A stretch of DNA of 63,601 nucleotides, counting the filler, from Octopus bimaculoides (taxonomy: Eukaryota), in the NCBI RefSeq assembly GCF_001194135.2. It is 4 parts of 4 records of this genome, joined end to end, with 100 filler letters (N's around TTAATTAATTAA, not from the genome) between each part and the next. Parts side by side here need not be neighbours in the genome. Positions count along the whole stretch, not along the records: positions 59,880 to 63,601 come from NW_026365855.1; 3 more parts are not named here. The stretch is one strand, 5' to 3'. A program made the position numbers and the translations under genes. Of this stretch, positions 62,829 through 63,601 are shown piece by piece (within the stretch, counting starts at the first letter, position 1; each line of letters opens with the position of its first letter). The notes beneath the pieces are model-generated. The model worked only from the letters and a program-made list of their open reading frames with translations. It was not told the origin of the DNA and ran no database searches.

Positions 62829-63601
62829 GAGTATATACACAAGCACACTGCTGTCTACATACACGCACACATGCACGTATACTGCTGTCTACATACACAC
62901 ACAGTTGTAATTGTGTGTGTGTGTGTGTGTGTATATATGAGGTTACACTGGATCTCTCGTCCATAAAGGGTTTGGCCTAACGGCGTATCGTCACACCCTA
63001 AACCCGTTGGCATAAGATCTAGTGCTCATTCTCCGGATTTGTTTTCTACAAACGATATATATATGTGTATATATAGAGAGAGAGGTTCATGCTGTTTATA
63101 TACATATATACTATATATATATATAAGCCTATATATGTATACACTTTTTCTTTCACATTGCTTCTACGCGCACTGGCTTCGTTTATTCACGTGTATATAC
63201 ACACATATCTATACATACATACATACACGTACATATAAAATTCTTGTTTCACTCTCTGCTTCGTTACAAACTTACACGCATACACTTCGTTTCACGCTGC
63301 CTATAGATATAATCGCTTCATATATCTGTGTATATATATATATATATATACATATATACACGCACACAGCAATAAATGGACGTTTTCAAACAACGACAAA
63401 GCCATAATTTATAACAACGTACTCTCTGAAAAATTTGAAGTAGAAGGAAACGGATCTTAATACAAAATTCATTGTTTTGGGGGGGTTTATTTTACTATTT
63501 GATATGTGTGTGTGTGTGTTCAGTTATGATAAAATCAATTTTAAATTAGTTTTATGGGTCACTCTATATTTTTGTAAAGTACAAATTTAAACATATCTAT
63601 A

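Overview
AT-rich, microsatellite- and transposon-dense animal genomic DNA with many N gaps. The repeat landscape looks like a coleoid cephalopod (octopus-like), which is inference. Three artificial 100-bp spacers (44 N + TTAATTAATTAA + 44 N) split the window into four joined blocks, so adjacency across them is not directly observed. The one clear host gene is a Toll-like receptor on + (signal peptide, LRRNT, LRRs, gap, TM, TIR). Its TIR domain is split by a 5.46-kb phase-2 intron full of retrotransposon debris (exon 1 9206-11456, exon 2 16916-17150), and its BB-loop reads RDFPAG, with Ala where most TLRs have Pro. An orphan 71-nt fibronectin-type-III-like exon lies on - at 27262-27332, with mutually complementary splice sites. 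The rest is decayed mobile DNA: two related Ty3/gypsy elements, a Penelope-like element, a Penelope-type minimal hammerhead motif, R4/Dong, RTE and Tx1-like LINE pieces, Helitron fragments, Tc1/mariner elements, MITEs and several SINE families. No rRNA, true tRNA or CRISPR features were found.
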